This document shows, one piece after another, positions 37,362 to 52,110 of a stretch of 64,000 nt of DNA. Made by a program: the position numbers and the translations under genes. Position 1 is the first letter of the stretch; every line of letters starts with the position of its first letter. Origin of the DNA: Octopus sinensis (lineage: Eukaryota). The stretch spans positions 30,008,001-30,072,000 of the forward strand of contig NC_043016.1 in NCBI RefSeq assembly GCF_006345805.1. Reading direction: 5' to 3'. The notes under the pieces are model-generated. The model ran no database searches. It saw nothing but the letters and a program-made list of their open reading frames with translations, and was not told the DNA's origin.

Positions 37362-38987
37362 CTGCAAGTAAAAAAAAAAAATACATGCTGTACATGGTCT
37401 TGTTCTAAAATTATGCTGAATACATTGCCATGTTGTGATTAGTCATCTAGGGATATTATGGGAGAAGTTTGTACATAATCCTTTTGTTTTGCTCTTCATT
37501 CTAATTTTATATAATTCAATAGAGTTGTAAGTTGAACCGTAAGTGGATGACAGCCTTGACTTGCTGATATTTATTAAATGTAGTTGGTAACACTGCTTAA
37601 AATTGAACTCTGATGTGGATATTGATGCTGTTGTTTTTTTTTTTCTTTGTTTAGTATGAATGGTATACAAGTATTTCGAAAATGTCTAATGGAGTGATGA
37701 CTGTACTTTGTCTAGTTACAGGTTGTCCTTTGGCAAAGCATTGCATCTATTCAGGCACCCTGCTAAAAATACAGTGAAGTCATGGGACTGCAGTATGGCA
37801 GATTGTAAAGAGGTAGTGGAAGAGCTCAATGATGTTTCTTACATTGATGTTAAGCAGAGAAATCCTAGAATTTCAAATGGTCAGGGTCACCAAACTGTAT
37901 CAAGAGAGATTAACTGCAATGTATCCATAGGGGTGGTGTCTATGGTTGTGTAATCAGATTCACTATGACTCAAGCTCCCAATTCAAATTTATAATAATGG
38001 AATTGGATGGTGACAGTCAAGGGAATCCATGAAAGCAAAATGACCAAGAAGAAGTTTGGAGGGAAGGAAATTGCACATAACTTGGTAAAGAGCCTCCAAG
38101 AATTATAGGAGGGAAGTAGGTTTCAGTTGGAGACCTGACCAGATTGCCTGCAATAGTGGGCTCTGCTAAAAGCATCCAAGGTGCCAAGAAGTGGTGTATC
38201 TATGTGCATATGCATGTCTTCTTTTAAATTTTTGGATCAAGTAAAGAAATGATAGTGGTTTTAGGACAATGTTGTGAACTGATAATGATTATGTGTGGTC
38301 TTCACATGCCTCCCACACTGGTGACATTCATGTGGTTAAAGTTCCTTTTCCCCGCAAGAAAAATATGGGGAAAGAGCAAATTTCAGAGGGTTGACTTTCT
38401 GGAGATGAAGGATTATGGTGTATTAATTAATGCAGGGCCTGTAGAGTAACAAGAAAAATAAAGACCGATTAGTTAGGAATGCTTAAGTGTAAGTGATCTT
38501 AGACAAACCACTTATGAAGAGTAGAGATCAATGTGGTAACTGTAGGGAAGACACAACATGTATGTGGGCCTGAGATTGGAGTGTGTTGGTGGGTGACTTC
38601 ATAACAAGTCTATTTTTGGATGAAGTCTGGGATATGTGTGGGTCGGTGGGTGGAAGGGGTGGGGGTGGCAACAACATGGTTCTAGGAACTGAAATATATC
38701 TGCCTCTGAAGAAGAAGGCCAGTCTTTGCAACACAGTTTTCACTATGCTGTGAATGTAAGATCCCTGGGAGAGATATTCCGTGACGGTAGGAGAAAAAGC
38801 GCAAAATATTTACCCTCAAACTAACAACAAGTTATTCAAATCATCATGTTGCTTAATTACAAAACAATGGATCAGTGTTGTTCAAGTAAAAGAAAATATT
38901 ACACCTGTCATCAGACAAGCCTTTTCACAGTGTTTCATTTGTCAATCTAATCTATTTAATCAGAACACTAAGACATACACATATCAA

Positions 38988-39025
<38 letters not shown>

Positions 39026-39412
39026 TGTAAGTATATATATGTATGCTTGATAGTGACAATAAAGATTAATACTTAATTGATAAAGATATTTTCATTATAA
39101 AAATATCATCATCACTTGAACTTTGGAATAGAGGTATGCTTTGTATACAATACCTGCAAATCATATATATATATACTGTTGTATTTTGGGATTGTCTTTT
39201 GTTTTCTTTTTTTTTTTCAAAATAAACACATGCACTATATATTCGTTCTACACTCATTTATTATTGCTCATATTTTCACTCATGTACATTGTGAAGAATG
39301 AATATATAGTGCGTGTTTGGCAAAAAAAGAAAGAAAATGACCACCCCAAAATACAACAATATCTGTTTCAACACATGGTTTCACATCAGGAATCTTGTAA
39401 TACAAATTCATA

Positions 39413-41243
39413 ATCATCATCATCCTCGTCGTTTAATGTCTGCTTTCCATGCTGGCATGGGTTGGATGGTTTGACTGAGGACTGGTGAGCCAGAAGGCTG
39501 CACCAGGCTCAATCTGATCTAGCAAAGTTTCTACAGCTGGGTGTTCTTTCTAATGACAACCCCTCTGAGAGTGTAGTGGGTGCTTTTACCTGCCACTGGC
39601 ATGAGGGCCAGTCAGGTGGTTCTGGTAACGACCACACTCAAAAGGTGTTTTTTTGCATGCTACCTGCATGGGAGCCAGTCCAGCAGCACTGGCAATGACC
39701 ATGCTTGAATGTTGTTTTTCACGTGTCACCGGCACATGTGCCAGTAAGGCGATGTTGGCAATGATCATGCTCAGGTAGTGCTTTTAATGCTCCACAGGCA
39801 TGAGTGCCAATCAGGTGTACTGTCATCAGCAATTTTGATTTCACTTGCTTCAACAGGTCATCACAAGCAAAGTTTATTGTCCAGTGAATGAGGAGTACTC
39901 ATAAGTGGGCTGGTTACACCCACTGACATAGGCCACGGGTTATGGTCTCACTTGGCTTGTCAGGTCTTCTCAAGCTCAGCATATCTCCAAAGGTCTCAGT
40001 CACTAGTCATTGCCTCGGTAAGACCCAACGTTCGAAGGTCGTTCTTCACCTCATCCCAGGTCTTCCTGGATCTACCTCTTCCACAGGTTCCCTCAACTGC
40101 TAGGGTATGACACTTTTTTTACACAGTTGTCCTCATTCATTTGCAACACTTGACCATACCAGCATAGTCATCTCTCTTGCACACCACATTTGATGCTTCT
40201 TAAATCCAACTTTTCTCTCAGGGCGCTTACATTGTCATGTATGCACACTAACATTATACATCCAGTGGAGCATACTGGCTTCATTCCTTGCAAGCTTACG
40301 CATATCCTCGGCAGTCACAGCCCATGTTTCACTGGCATGTAGGATGGCTGTTCGTACACATGCATCATACCGTCTACTTTTACTCTGAGCGAGATGCCCC
40401 TTGTCACCAGCAGAGGTAGGAGCTCTTTGAACTTTGCCCAGGCTATTCTTATTTTAGCAGCAACACTTTCAGAGCATCCACCCCTGCTACTGATTTGGTC
40501 CCCTAGGTAATGGAAGCTATCGATTGCTTGTAGTTTTTCTCCCTGGAATGTGACAGAAGCTGTTCTCTGCACATTTTCATTGTTTATAGCACCTGAGCAT
40601 TTACCACATACAAAAACTATCTTCCCAGTTAGCCTTCCTTTGATATTGCTGCACCTCTTATGTGTCCATAGCTTACACTGTGTACCTCTTATGGAGTTTC
40701 TACCTATGCCTTTTCTACAGATTGAAGAGGGCCATCTACCTGAAGGGATTTGTGGTTTGTCTGCCTTCCTACTTATTAAGACTTTGTTTTAGCTTGGTTG
40801 ACTCTAAGGCCCTTTGATTCTAATCCTTGCTCCCACATCTGAAAATTTTCTTGTAGTTCTGGTAGTGACTTAGCAATTAGAGCAAGGTCATCAGCATAGA
40901 GGAGCTCCCAAGGGCATCTTGTCTTGAATTCCTCTGTTATTGCCTGGGGGACTATGATGAATAAGAGGGGGCTGAGGACTGATCCTTGGTGGACCCCTAC
41001 CCCTACCCATAATTCTTCACTGTACTCGTTGCCAACCCTCACCTTACTGACAGCGTCCCTGTACATAGCTTGTACAGCTCTTACTAACCATTCATCAATC
41101 CCTAGTTTCCTCATTGACCACCAGATAAAGGATTGGGAGATGCTCTCAAAGGCTTTCTCCATATCAACGAAAGCCAAGTACAGAGGTTTATCTTTGGCTA
41201 GGTATTTCTCCTGCAGCTGTCTTACCAGAAATATAGCACTTTT
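39413..41243 (-). mobile_element. RTE LINE, 5'-truncated (~1.8 kb) with (GAT)n tail
   Basis: AFVDMEKAF...GVGVHQGSVLSPLLF...LLYADDLALIA; long 3'UTR with reiterated motifs; (CAT)n at the left end. Confidence 0.95.
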
Positions 41244-42379
41244 CTATAGGTGGATGTTTTCCTAATGCCGTCTACTTTACATAGTGTACTGGGTGATTTT
41301 GTATCTGGCACCGGCACTAGTGAGATTACCATGAGCTCACATGACTAATACTTGTTTCAGTAGAGAGGGAGGCAGTTTTATGCCGGGTGATGAAAAGTTA
41401 GGCTATAAAGAATAAGTTTTTTGCTGTAGAAGAGATACACGAGTGCTCTCACTGTACAAGAGTGGGCAGGAGTAATATGTGTGGAGCTGGTAAAAGAGAC
41501 AAAGATATTAGTGACAAGGTGTCAGGATGGGTTTTGGATGCAGAACACAAAGAGGAGTGAGGTGTGTAGGGTATTGTGAAAGTGAGGAATGGTAAACGAT
41601 GAAATAGGAGTATGAGAATATACTGAATGCTGAATAATGGTTGAAGTAAGTGGGGAGGATTGATGATAAATATGAGTTGGATGGAAGGTAGGGGAGAGTA
41701 GGTGGCGACCAGAGATTGGGTTGGATTGAGGGGTGAATGTTGTGAATAGCAGAGCAGTGATCTGTGATACAGGGGATTTGTGAAAAAGGTTCAGGAGAGT
41801 AGGTACTGATTGACTGTATAGAAATGGTGAAGAGCAACAGAATAGTAATAATAGAAAGATGGGGGCAATGATAATGTGTGGGTAGGTAGGTTGCAAGAAT
41901 GTGAGTTGAGGAGCAGATATAGTACATGGGAAGAGTAACAGATGTATGGTGATATGAGCAAGTGTTGGAGAGGAATCATGGCGATAGTGAGAGACATGGT
42001 GATAAGAGCATCTCAACAGTAGGTGATGCTGTGGAAAGAGATAATGGTGGTGGACTGATCAATGTAAAATGTGGTTGGAGAGGGACAGTGTTAAGAATGA
42101 AGGATGGATGTCAAGTAAAGTGGTTTTAGGTATAGAGAAAGATAACTGGTATCACAGAAAAGATTATAAAAATATGGCAGCAGTATACCACAGTTAGTCA
42201 AGTGATGGAGAAATCACTGATAGAGAAATATGAGGATGGAATGGCAGGCTTGGCGAGGATTTTAAACAAAGAGTCTCAATTGTATATATAGACATGCTTC
42301 CAGAACCTCAATTTTACCTAGTTTCAATGGGCAAGGCTCTCATGCTCTATTTATCACCCATTGACCAAGTTCTTTATAC

Positions 42380-43150
42380 AGCTGTCCTCATCCATATGTA
42401 TCATGTGACCAGACCAGTACAGTCTCTTACAAATTATGTCTGATTCTCCTTATGTCTACTTTTTCTCTTAACACATTTGTACTTTATCGTTCATGCACAC
42501 TGATGTTGTACGTCCAGCAGATCATACTAACTTCATTCCTCTCTAGTGTTCACATCTCCTCTACATTCGAGGCCCATGTCTCACAACCATGTAGCCCTGC
42601 AGTTTGTAAACAAACATCATACAGGCTACCTTTCACTCTGAAAGAAAGTCCTTTTGTTACCACCAGAGGTAATAGCACTCTGAACTCCTCTAGCCAGTTC
42701 TTATTCTCGCTACTATACTTTCAGAGTATCCTCCACCACTGATAATTAAGTCACCTAGGTAACAGAAACTATCTACTACTTCAAAGGATCCTCCTGGGCA
42801 TTTGAGAAAATCCATTTTCCATATGTCCCTAGTATTCATTGCTACAGTGCATTTGCCATATACAAAGTCAATATTCTCTGTTAACCTGTCTTTGATACCA
42901 CTGTATCTCTAGTGCATCCAGTTTGCTTTGGGTACACTGCAAAATTTCTACTTACTTTTTTTTCAATGAAGCAAGCAAAGCTATTTACCTGAAAAGAGTA
43001 AACTCTTGCTTGCTTTCCTACTTATAAGAACTTTGGTCTTTGCTAAGTTCATTTTGAGGCCCTTTGATTCTAGGTTTTTCTTCCATATCTAGAATTTCTG
43101 GATTTAACTATAAGAACAAAGTCTTCAGCATCTTGTAGTTCCCAATGACA
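42380..43150 (-). mobile_element. Older RTE LINE fragment of the same family
   Basis: Degenerate similarity to the RT C-terminal part of the RTE copy at 39413-41243. Confidence 0.7.
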
Positions 43151-43161
43151 ACCAGTCTTAA

Positions 43162-43383
43162 CCCTTTTGTTACCATATTTATTTTGAGATGCTCTGTGTT
43201 TTTTTCAGTTAATTTTAAATATGATAAAGAATTTAGCAAAATAACTTAGTTATCATTAAGCTAGTGTTAGGAACATAAATTGTGACTAAGGTTTGGTGGA
43301 AGATTTTAATTCAGAACTTATGAAAACAAGACATTTGTACTAGAGAGCCAGAGGTGGTTTCAGCCAGGTTGGTATCAAAAGGG
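43162..43383. mobile_element. TTAA-type (piggyBac-like) MITE
   Basis: ttaa|cccttttgttacc ... ggtatcaaaaggg|tcaa. Confidence 0.75.
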
Positions 43384-44801
43384 TCAAACTCTTCCGTTAT
43401 GGCCTGAAGGTCTATGATAAAAAGAGGTGGGCCTGAGAACCAAGTCCTTGTGAACTTCTACTTGCATATTAAACTCATAGTTGTACTCATTGTTAATCCT
43501 CATCTTACTAACAGCACCTCAATACTCTCACAAGCCATTTGTAAAGTCTTAGCTTCCTCAATGACAACCAGATCAGAGTGAGGGACTCTATCAAAGACTT
43601 TCTCTGGGTTGAGGAATATTAAGTACGGTGGTTTACTTTTAACCAAGAACTTCTGCAGTTGTCTCACCAAGAAGAGGTCATCGCAAATACTTTTCCTGGC
43701 ACAAAACCAAGTTGCATCAAATAACTTTTATGTTGTGCTCAACTAGCACATAGGATTGTATTGTGCTTAATTAGCTTATCATGTTCTCGTTTTGCTCAGT
43801 TAACTCACAAAATCATAAATAATACTTAAATTGCTCTTCACTGCTGATTTCTGTGTATTCCATACACCTTCACTTTATTATCGCATCTATTATATATGTA
43901 TCTTTGTATACTTTAGTTAAACTTTAGTGTTTGATGTTTACAGTGCACTTTCCTTCCTAAACTAATTAGGCCAGTAGAGTATTAGAATTAGGTCATTAGA
44001 GCAACAATTAATTAGAATCAAATAACAGTACTTTATCTAAACAGTTTATAGTCTTTGTCCTTTAAATGGTTGTACTTTATACTTTAGTTATTGTTGTTGC
44101 TTGGTTGGTCCCTCATCAGTTTTGATTGAGTAGATTTATGAGGAAAGCTATCCTAACCACAATCATTCCATCTTTTTATATATCACTGGACTGAATTATC
44201 CACTGTGCCCTGCTTTATTTATGATGGTAGGTTGTAATTTTAGGGAGATTTTGCTGCCATCTGTAGCAGGGCAAGCAGCCCTATATAGGCACTCACATTG
44301 AACTCCCTAATGCAGTTGTCATCCATTTATAGGGAAAATCTGAAATTTTAATCCTTCAGTCAACCTATTTATGATTTTACTGTTTTCACATCTTTTGGTT
44401 TAGCTTCCAGTATAGATTCCTGTTTTTTTTTTGTTATTTCTCTGACACTGAAAAATATAGCTAATATGGTTTCGGGTTCAGTCCCACTGTGTGGCACTTT
44501 GGGTAGGTATCTTCTGCTGTAGCCCCGAGCTGACCGAAGCTTTGTGATTGAATTCGGCAGGCGGAAGTTACTGCCGTGTGTGTATATGTGCGTGTAGGTG
44601 CTTGTGCCTCTCCAAAAGAGAGAGAGAGGGATATTAGAGTTTCGTTACAAGTAATTCTTTCTTCAGTTTTGGTTCTGTTCATGTGTAGGCTCTTTGATAT
44701 AAGCTCTGTCTTGTGTTTAGCTATAAACATTTTGATATATAAGCTTTCATTCCTCTGATTGCTGATAAACTCTTTGATATAAACTCTGATCTGTGATCAC
44801 C

Positions 44802-45226
44802 ACTCTTTACTCTTTACTCTTTTACTTGTTTCAGTCATTTGACTGACCATGGTGGAGCACTGCCTTTAGTCGAGCAAATCAACCCCAGGACTTATTCTTT
44901 GTAAGCCTAGTACTTATTCTATCAGTCTCTTTTGCTGAACTGCTAAGTTACGGGGGTGTAAACACACCAGCATCGGTTGTCAAGCGATGTTGGTGGAGGA
45001 CAAACACAGACACACAAACATATACACACAACACACATATATATATATATATATACATATATACGATGGGCTTCTTTCAGTTTCTGTCTACCAAATCCAC
45101 TCACAAGGCTTTGGTCGGCCCGAGGCTATAGTAGAAAACACTTACCCAAGGTGCCACACAGTGGGACTGAACCCAGAACCATGTGGTTTATAAGCAAGCT
45201 ACTTACCACATAGCCACTCCTACACC
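44802..45226 (-). mobile_element. SINE family A
   Basis: Similarity to other copies. Confidence 0.9.
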
Positions 45227-46023
45227 TATACACTTTTTGTTTAAAACTCAATTTTCCTATTCACTGATTATCTCGTTAATTGTTGTGAAAGTATCCTGAC
45301 TACCCCCACATGACTGAAAGTGGACCAATGCATTTCAATAAAATAAAGAAACTGTGAACTGTGAGTAGTTGACAAATTGTAATTGTTATGTCTAACTCTT
45401 AGATTTGTTCTGCAATAGTTCTGTCATCTAGAAAAAGAGAATTCTATACTTAGTTTTTCTTCTACTGTAGCCCTTCCCCTCACCACTAGCCATCCACCCC
45501 ACCTCCTCAGTTGAAGGGGATTTTATTCTCGAGGGCTATATGGCTTCTTCATCAATGCTGGTACCATGGAAAAAAAAAGCTTGCATACTCTTTGTAAAGT
45601 GGCTGGTGTTAGGAATGGCATCCAGTCATAGAAATCATGCCAAAGTAGACATTGAAGCACAATGCAGTCTTTGGATTTTTTGAGTCTTGTCAAACTATGC
45701 AATCCATGTCAGCATGGAATATGGACATTAAATGATGATGATGATAATGGTGATGACAAAGATGATTTCTTGCTAAATCTATGTCATCATGTAATTTTAT
45801 TCAGGGCACATACAGACATGTAAACCATCTTTGAGAACATGTAGTTTTTATGGCACCTAAGTGAATGAAACCCTACTAGATTGAAAACATAGTTTTCCAG
45901 CTTTAACATCCATGTTTTCCTTTGGGGTTAGAACTCGAAAATTAATTTAGATCATTATTGATTTGTATATATACTGTTTGATTAATTCATCTACCTTGGT
46001 GTGTTATGCGGTCTATATGAACT

Positions 46024-46360
46024 GCTTCTGAGACCCCCTTTGGTCATGACTAACCGTGGGATTGCACCTAGAAAGTTACCTTTCCAGGTATAAGTCCGGA
46101 CAAGATTGTTTATGGAAGACCAGCAGTCGCCCATGCATACCGGCCTTCCCTCTCCACGCAACCAGTGTTATCCAAGCGAAAGGCAAAGGCCGATACAGCT
46201 TAGCACCTGTGGTGTCACAACTCATCTCTACAGCAGAGTGAACTGGAGCAACGGGAAATAAAGTGTCTTGCTCAAGAACACAACACGCAGCCCAGTCCGG
46301 GGTTCGAGCTCACAACCTCACAATCGTAAGCTTGGCACTCTAACCACTGAGCCATGTCTT
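46024..46360 (-). mobile_element. tRNA-headed SINE (family B head/middle with a different tail)
   Basis: Shares the gtgttcttgagcaagacactttatttc-c-gttgctccag middle with 7838-8157 but has an unrelated 3' part. Confidence 0.7.
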
Positions 46361-48955
46361 TTACATTTTCAGAACTTATTAATCAATCAACAAATCCCTG
46401 TGAAGTAATTTCTGTTGTAATATAAATCAATAGTCATACATAAGATATTTTCCATTGCTAACATAATTCTATAATTGAACTAATTAATATTTATTTAGTT
46501 TATCAAATTATGTGATCTTTGTACAAAAGAAACGTGTATTTTAAAATTTACTGAGTCAATAATGTGATCGTTTGCTTATCAGATTTCTAACTGATAACCT
46601 AATTTTAATATGAATTCTCAAAAGCTGGAATCTTTTTTTTTTTAACACTCATTGTTTTTTAAGATTATCACTGTCAACAGCTGGGAGCATTTTCACTCAC
46701 AACTTGGAGTGACAGAAGTATCCTCTTTCATCCCTCCTGAGTTCCTTCACTTTTGTGTCATTGTTATGTCAGTTGACTTCAGTGTCATGATGACAGACAT
46801 CGAAAGAAATCAAAATAGTTGGAATTGTATTGAAGAAACATGAGGTGACAATAAAAGCATGCATTAACCAGGTCATGTCATAGGACTTGCTACTCGGCTC
46901 TTGGAGAATGCAAGTCCATGCCAGCCATCACTGTAACCATTAACCTGATAGCCCTGTTAAGGTACTTGGGGTATGGTTTGGTCTGGACTACCTGGTGAAT
47001 ATGAACTTGGATGAAATTACTTACAAGATGAGCACCCTCACTCACAAATGGATTCAGAGGGAGTTATCCCTAATGGATGGGGGCAGATATGGTGAATATA
47101 TATGAGGGGAAGTCAAAAATTATCTGCACTTTCGCCATAACATATCTTTCTAATTGTCACTCTGCCTTCTGCGCATGCATGCTCTTAAGTGGTACTATTG
47201 TGGTCACATGATCAAAGTTTGAGCCAGATCGTGCCATTTTCTTTCTGGCTTTACAGTGTAAGCATGGCCTCCCCACTAGCAGTGTGCACCATTCCCCCTC
47301 TCCCTTCATTGGCACCCCTCCCTGATAACCCCACCCCTACACAATCCAACCCCAACTTCCCTATCCATACCATCCCACCCCACCTCATCCTTTACATACC
47401 CTCCCACATACCCCCTCAGCCTACCCACATACCTCACCTCTACCCCACCCTCAGCTTAACCCACACCCCACCCTTGCTTTCCCAACTCTCGCCTCCCCCA
47501 TATCCCAACACCATCACACCACACCACACACCACTACACCATACACCACCATACCACAACACCATATCACATCACACCACCATGCACACACTAGCACTGA
47601 CCACTTCCCAGCCCCACATCCACACACTTACACATACACACATGCACATGTCAGGGTCACCAGCCCTCTTCCACACGCATATACATGCTCTCTTATACAC
47701 CTGCACACCTTCGTTTTGGAATCACCACTACTTCACCGTCTCCCCTTTTTCCTAGCTCTCCTGTGTGACCCCTTTTTCCAGCATTTGCCATGATTGATTG
47801 CTAGCCACTACACATTCTTTATTTTTTTCTCCTTATTTCTTTCTGTGTTCTTTTCTGTGGAAGAGCATAGGCTCGAAACATTAAAGACTTTTTCCTTTCC
47901 CGAACATTAAACTAATACATCTGTTTGTTATCTACACCACCTGACTTTGTCTTTTGTTTTTTTTTTTTGTGAATTTTCTACATATATACATACATACATT
48001 TAGATACATACATTTATTTTTATTCTTTTACTTGTTTCAGTCACTTGACTGTGGCCAGTCACTTACTGGAGCACTACCTTGAACAGTTTTAGTCAAACAA
48101 ATTAACCCCAGGACTTATTTCTTGAGTCTAGTGCTTATTCTGTCGGTATCTTTTGTCAAACTGCTAAGTTACACTAAGTTACCAGTTATCAAGTGGTGAA
48201 GGGGGACAGAAACTCACACACACACATAAATACGTACATATATGACGAGCTCCTTTCAGTTTCCATCTATATATATATATATATGTATATATATCACGTG
48301 ACCACATGCCCGACCAGACTATCAGATGTTGTTACATGTCGGTGGACACAATGAGTTTTGCATCGGTTTAGTCTTTGGAAGACGCTACCTTGATGACTAG
48401 GCGAGTATGCCAACATTCCCTCTGGTCAAAAGGCAACTGGAGCAACGTGAAATGATGTATTTTTGCTCTAGACCACAACATGCTGGCCGGCCTGGGAATC
48501 GAACCCTCGATCACACGTGCATACACACATCCCCATATTTAGATACAAATATGTACATATGTATGTATATATATATATGTATATGTAAACATTTTTTCAT
48601 AATGAGAAAAAAAAACAAAACTGTGTAGATTTTAGAACATTTATAAATAGGTCCTTACAGCTGTTTCCAGGATATTTATTATATCCCTTCATTGGAGGCG
48701 GTGTGAGAAGATGGTTAAGCAATAGTTAATTTAGAAATGATACGAAATAGCGAGTGAGGTAGAGGAATGAAAATAGATGTGATATGCAGGGATATTGTAT
48801 TTGTAGATCCATTATTTAGGCAGAATGGTAAACATATAAGATTCCAATATCTTATGAGTAAAATCCAATAGTATTTAACGATGATCTATCCATAGCACTT
48901 ATTCAGCATTAGCTGACATCTTTGGGTCTCACTGGCACCATTACATCTCATAACC

Positions 48956-48994
<39 letters not shown>

Positions 48995-50052
48995 ACTTTC
49001 CAATCCCCTTCTGCACTCTTTAATCACACTTCTTTCGCGATATCTTGTCACTTATATTATGGCGCTCAAACCTCAATGGTATGCCCTGGCACTTGCCACC
49101 ATCTATATCCCTCCTTTCTTTTACTTAGCCATCCCATTTATATTCTGATCTCTGTCTCTTGTGAGTATGCCCAATCATTTTGCCACCTTCTGTATCCTGC
49201 TGTCTCCCATGCTCTCTCTTCTTCTCCTGCTCTTCTCTCAGATTGGGTAATCATGTATCTTCTTTGTAGCAGCAGCACACTTGTTTCTGTCTTCGTTCCT
49301 GATCTCTCTCTCTCTCTCCAGCTGGGTAACCTTGTACTTCCTCTACAGCAAGACACCCGTTTCTGTCTTGCTATAACACTTCATCATCTGACACGACTAC
49401 CTCCTCCAATGTTCCTTTCCCTCTCAAAAGATTTTTTTTGTCTTGCAAGTACATGGTGACCCTGTCAGTGCAGGTGCCACTTAAAAGGCACTCAGTCCAC
49501 ACTGTAAAGTTGTTGGCGTTTGGAAGGGCATCCAGTTGTAAAAACCATGCCAAGACTAACCTCACCTGTGCTAGTGCTACGTAAAGAGCACCAAGTCCAC
49601 TCTACTGAGCGGTTGGTGTAATGAAGAGTATCCAGCTGTATAATTCCTGCCAAAACAGTCACAGAAGTCTGTGTACAGACTTCGGTCTGGCTGGCTCCTG
49701 TCAAACCATCCCACCTGTATCAGCAAATAATCAGACATTGAATGGTGATGATGATATATTGTTTGAATCTATAGAAAAACAAAGACAAAGACAGGTGCAG
49801 GAACAACAAGAAGGGGTATTAGTTTAACACTTGGGGAAAAATGGAAAAGTCTTTTATGTTCTGAGCCTACACCCTTTGACAGAAAGGAATAAGAAAAAAA
49901 ATAGAGAGAGAAAATGAAGATCCAGTGGTTGTCCAGGTCCAAGAGAGTAGGAAGTTCAGTCATGTGTGTGTGTGTATGTGTGTGTGCATGTGTGTGTATG
50001 TATATATGTGTGTGTGTGTATATGTATATGTGTGTATATATGTGTATGTGTG

Positions 50053-50111
<59 letters not shown>

Positions 50112-50125
50112 GTGTGTGTATATAT

Positions 50126-50356
50126 ATTTCTTTACTACCCATAAGGGGCTAAACATAGAGAGGACAAACAAGGACAGACAAACGGATTAAGTTGATTACA
50201 TCGACCCCAGTGCGAAACTGGTACTTTATTTATCGACCCCGAAAGGATGAAAGGCAAAGTCGACCTCGGCGGAATTTGAACTCAGAACGCAACGACAAAT
50301 GAAATACCGCTAAGCATTTCGCCCAGCGCGCTAACGTTTCTGCCAGCTCGCCGCCA
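50126..50356 (-). mobile_element. SINE family D, young full-length copy
   Basis: A box tggcagaaacg, B box gttcaaattcc, core gaggtcgactttgcctttcatcctttcggggtcgataaa, tail ccccttatgggtagtaaagaaa, 15-bp TSD tgtgtgtgtatatat. Many degenerate copies occur elsewhere (e.g. 24650-24850, 58220-58350, 63390-63560). Confidence 0.88.
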
Positions 50357-51451
50357 TGTGTGTGTATATATGTATGTGTATGTATATTTGTATATGTATA
50401 TATGTACGCGTGTGTATATGTATGTATATTTGTGTGTGTGGATTTATATGTGTGCATGTGTGGATGTATGTGTATGTGGATGTATATGTGTGTGTGTTTG
50501 TATATGTATATATATGTGTGCATGTGTATAATGTGTGTGTGTATGTATGTATTTGTGTACATACAATTTTCACCTGCCAAACAGCCAATTTCACTCGTAG
50601 CACACCAGTCAGTTCAAGGCTATTATAGCAGAAGCCACTTGTCTTGCAGTGTCACACAGTGGGACCAACCCCCAAAACCACATGGCTGCAGTGTGAACTT
50701 CTTAACAACACAGCTATGGTTGTACATCCTCTAACCTATTCTGCTGTAGTTAACATTTCTGTAACACCATAAAAGATATTTTCGGTCTTTCAGTGTTGAA
50801 TCTTGTTGTTCTCAGCCAGTTCTGAGTTTTGCTTTCTTTATCCTCATACACCTTGTTCTGTCTTGTCAAATATTGGCTAGTGAGAGTTTTTTTCTTTTCT
50901 TAAGGAAGCCTTACGATGGCATTTTCTAATCCTATTGTCAATTTAGTATTTTTTATTTTTTTATCATTCTTTAAAATAGTCTCAGCTCTTTCTTGAAGTT
51001 TGTTTTATATTTGTTGGCTTCCCTGAAGATAGAAAACAGACTTTTGCTGACTTCATTCTTTGTTGCTTTGTTGATATATATATTTTAGTACTCAAACAGT
51101 GGGTATTTATAATGATTTGCTAGTTGCAGAAAATTCCTGTCTTTCTAGATAGTAGTAAATATAATCCTTTTGTTGGCGTTTGGCTACTGTATTTTCTTCT
51201 TTCCTGTCTAGTTATAGCACAAATTTGCTTAGCTTAGAGTTAAAAGAAAATTATTGATTCCTAACACTAGTACAAGATTTTATTTTTGTGGTGAGATTGT
51301 TTACATTGATTCCTGGTTCCTTCATTGATTCCTATAGTTCTAGACCTGGTTATGAATTCAGCCAGTGGTTTTTCTAGTCCCCTCAGACTAGTTAACCACG
51401 TATCTCCTCTACAGCAACACGCTTGTTACTGGCTTCAGTCTCGATCACTCC

Positions 51452-51499
<48 letters not shown>

Positions 51500-51774
51500 A
51501 CTATGTATCTCCTCTACAGCAAGACGCCTGTTTCTGTCTCTCTGTCACACTGAAACCTTTCATCATCTGGCACAATATTGCCTCCCCCCAATGTCACATC
51601 CCCTCTTACAGGCTCTTTGTCTTGCCACTGCTGGTGTCACGTAAAAAGCATCCAATCCACACTGTAAAGTGGTTGGCATTAGGAAGGGCATCTAGCTGTA
51701 AAAGCCATGCCAAAACAGACTGCAAAGCATGGTGCAGTCTTCTGCCTAACCAGTTCCTGTCAAACCATCCAACC

Positions 51775-52110
51775 CATGGTTGGCGTTAGGAAGGGCATCC
51801 AGCTGTAGAAACATTGCCAGATAAGACTGGAGCCTGGTGCAGCCTTCTGGCTTCCCAGATCCCCGGTCGAACCGTCCAACCCATGCTTGCATGGAGAACG
51901 GACGTTAAACGATGATGATGATGATGATGATATATATAAATGCCAACCACTCCCGGAGTGGTTGGCGTTACTAAGGGTATCCAGCTGTAGAAACTCTGCT
52001 AAATCAGATTGGAGCCTGGTGCAGCCATCTGGTTCGCCAGTCCTTAGTCAAATCGTCCAACCCATGCTAGCATGGAAAGTGGACGTTAAATGAATGATGA
52101 TGATGATGAT
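51775..52110 (+). mobile_element. Two adjacent very short RTE 3'-end retrocopies with (GAT)n tails
   Basis: Each ~150 bp matches the extreme 3' end of the RTE at 39413 and 59897. Confidence 0.8.

Noticed and set aside
47189-47755. 188-aa Pro/His/Thr-rich ORF
   Set aside because: Low-complexity C/A-rich tract within a repeat remnant; similar ORFs at 41508-42016 were rejected likewise.
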